From an uncultured archaeon (GTDB lineage Archaea > Thermoproteota > Nitrososphaeria_A > Caldarchaeales > Calditenuaceae): DNA of 24,000 bases. Shown here in pieces: positions 23,846 to 24,000 of this stretch (positions within the stretch are counted from its first letter, which is position 1; each line of letters begins with the position of its first letter). Location of the stretch: assembly GCA_937921685.1 (NCBI GenBank), contig CAKZUF010000007.1:17946-41945 (forward strand), given 5' to 3'. The position numbers and the translations under genes are program-made. The notes beneath the pieces were generated by a model that searched no databases, was not told the DNA's origin, and saw only the letters and a program-made list of their open reading frames with translations.

Positions 23846-24000
23846 ATGCCGGCAATCACGTTGAGAGTGGATAGAGTGTCTAGGTTTGTTGGTATCCAGC
23901 TATCCACCAACCAGATAGCAGACCTGGCGGCCGCTCTGGGGATGTCTGTCGAGGAGGTGGGGGAGGATGAGGTAAAGGTCGAGTATAACCCCAACCGCCC
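23846..24000 (+). CDS. pheT: phenylalanine--tRNA ligase beta subunit, N-terminal fragment (runs off the window)
   Basis: Not in the ORF track. Manual translation from ATG 23846, 2 nt after the pheS stop, gives MPAITLRVDRVSRFVGIQLSTNQIADLAAALGMSVEEVGEDEVKVEYNPNRP. The ...EYNPNRP(D) segment is typical of the archaeal PheT N-terminus. Confidence 0.85.
   Translation, partial: MPAITLRVDRVSRFVGIQLSTNQIADLAAALGMSVEEVGEDEVKVEYNPNR

Noticed and set aside
1-24000. A search for tRNA/rRNA genes, CRISPR repeats, IS elements or integrases, toxin-antitoxin pairs, and defence or secondary-metabolite clusters.
   Set aside because: There are no spaced direct-repeat arrays and no cloverleaf-compatible segments in the spacers, of which only one exceeds 80 bp. 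There are no transposase, integrase or nuclease/ATPase-type ORFs, and every ORF of 100 aa or more that I accept has a housekeeping assignment or is one of the two unknowns discussed above.

Overview
This is a dense chromosomal core region of an archaeon, roughly 97% coding. It looks TACK/Crenarchaeota-like: it carries the L7Ae-S28e-L24e ribosomal string, the archaeal pantoate kinase / phosphopantothenate synthetase CoA route, a DGGGP-synthase-type UbiA prenyltransferase, a non-catalytic-type tRNA splicing endonuclease subunit, and archaeal-type TyrRS and PheRS.

I call 23 protein genes. Two are cut by the window edges and are absent from the ORF track; I found them by manual translation (panE at the left edge, pheT at the right edge).

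Gene order:
- panE-panB-PPS-PoK, a fully overlapping CoA-precursor operon on the minus strand
- a lone xanthine-dehydrogenase-family molybdopterin large subunit
- an ACT-domain protein divergent from carA-carB
- ndk convergent on rpl24e-rps28e-rpl7ae
- an M20 peptidase
- a coupled pair: an unassigned 118-aa protein plus an HTH-ThiN (ThiR-like) protein
- tyrS
- a class II ribonucleotide reductase (nrdJ)
- an SDR epimerase
- an HD-domain (SAMHD1/COG1078-like) phosphohydrolase
- DGGGP synthase
- an endA-family subunit
- pheS-pheT

I found no rRNA or tRNA genes, CRISPR array, transposase or integrase, toxin-antitoxin pair, or recognisable defence genes. Expression architecture is typically crenarchaeal: TATA-like boxes sit about 25-40 nt upstream of starts (mostly leaderless or short leaders), many starts are GTG/TTG, and many gene junctions overlap by 4 nt or more.

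I do not see convincing evidence of a novel multi-gene system here. The least-explained loci are:
- the 118-aa ORF + ThiR-like pair
- the ACT-domain protein facing carAB
- the 208-bp structured spacer between tyrS and nrdJ, which is the only long non-coding stretch
- a hairpin covering the ndk start

All functional calls rest on motif-level recognition by eye. No database search was run.
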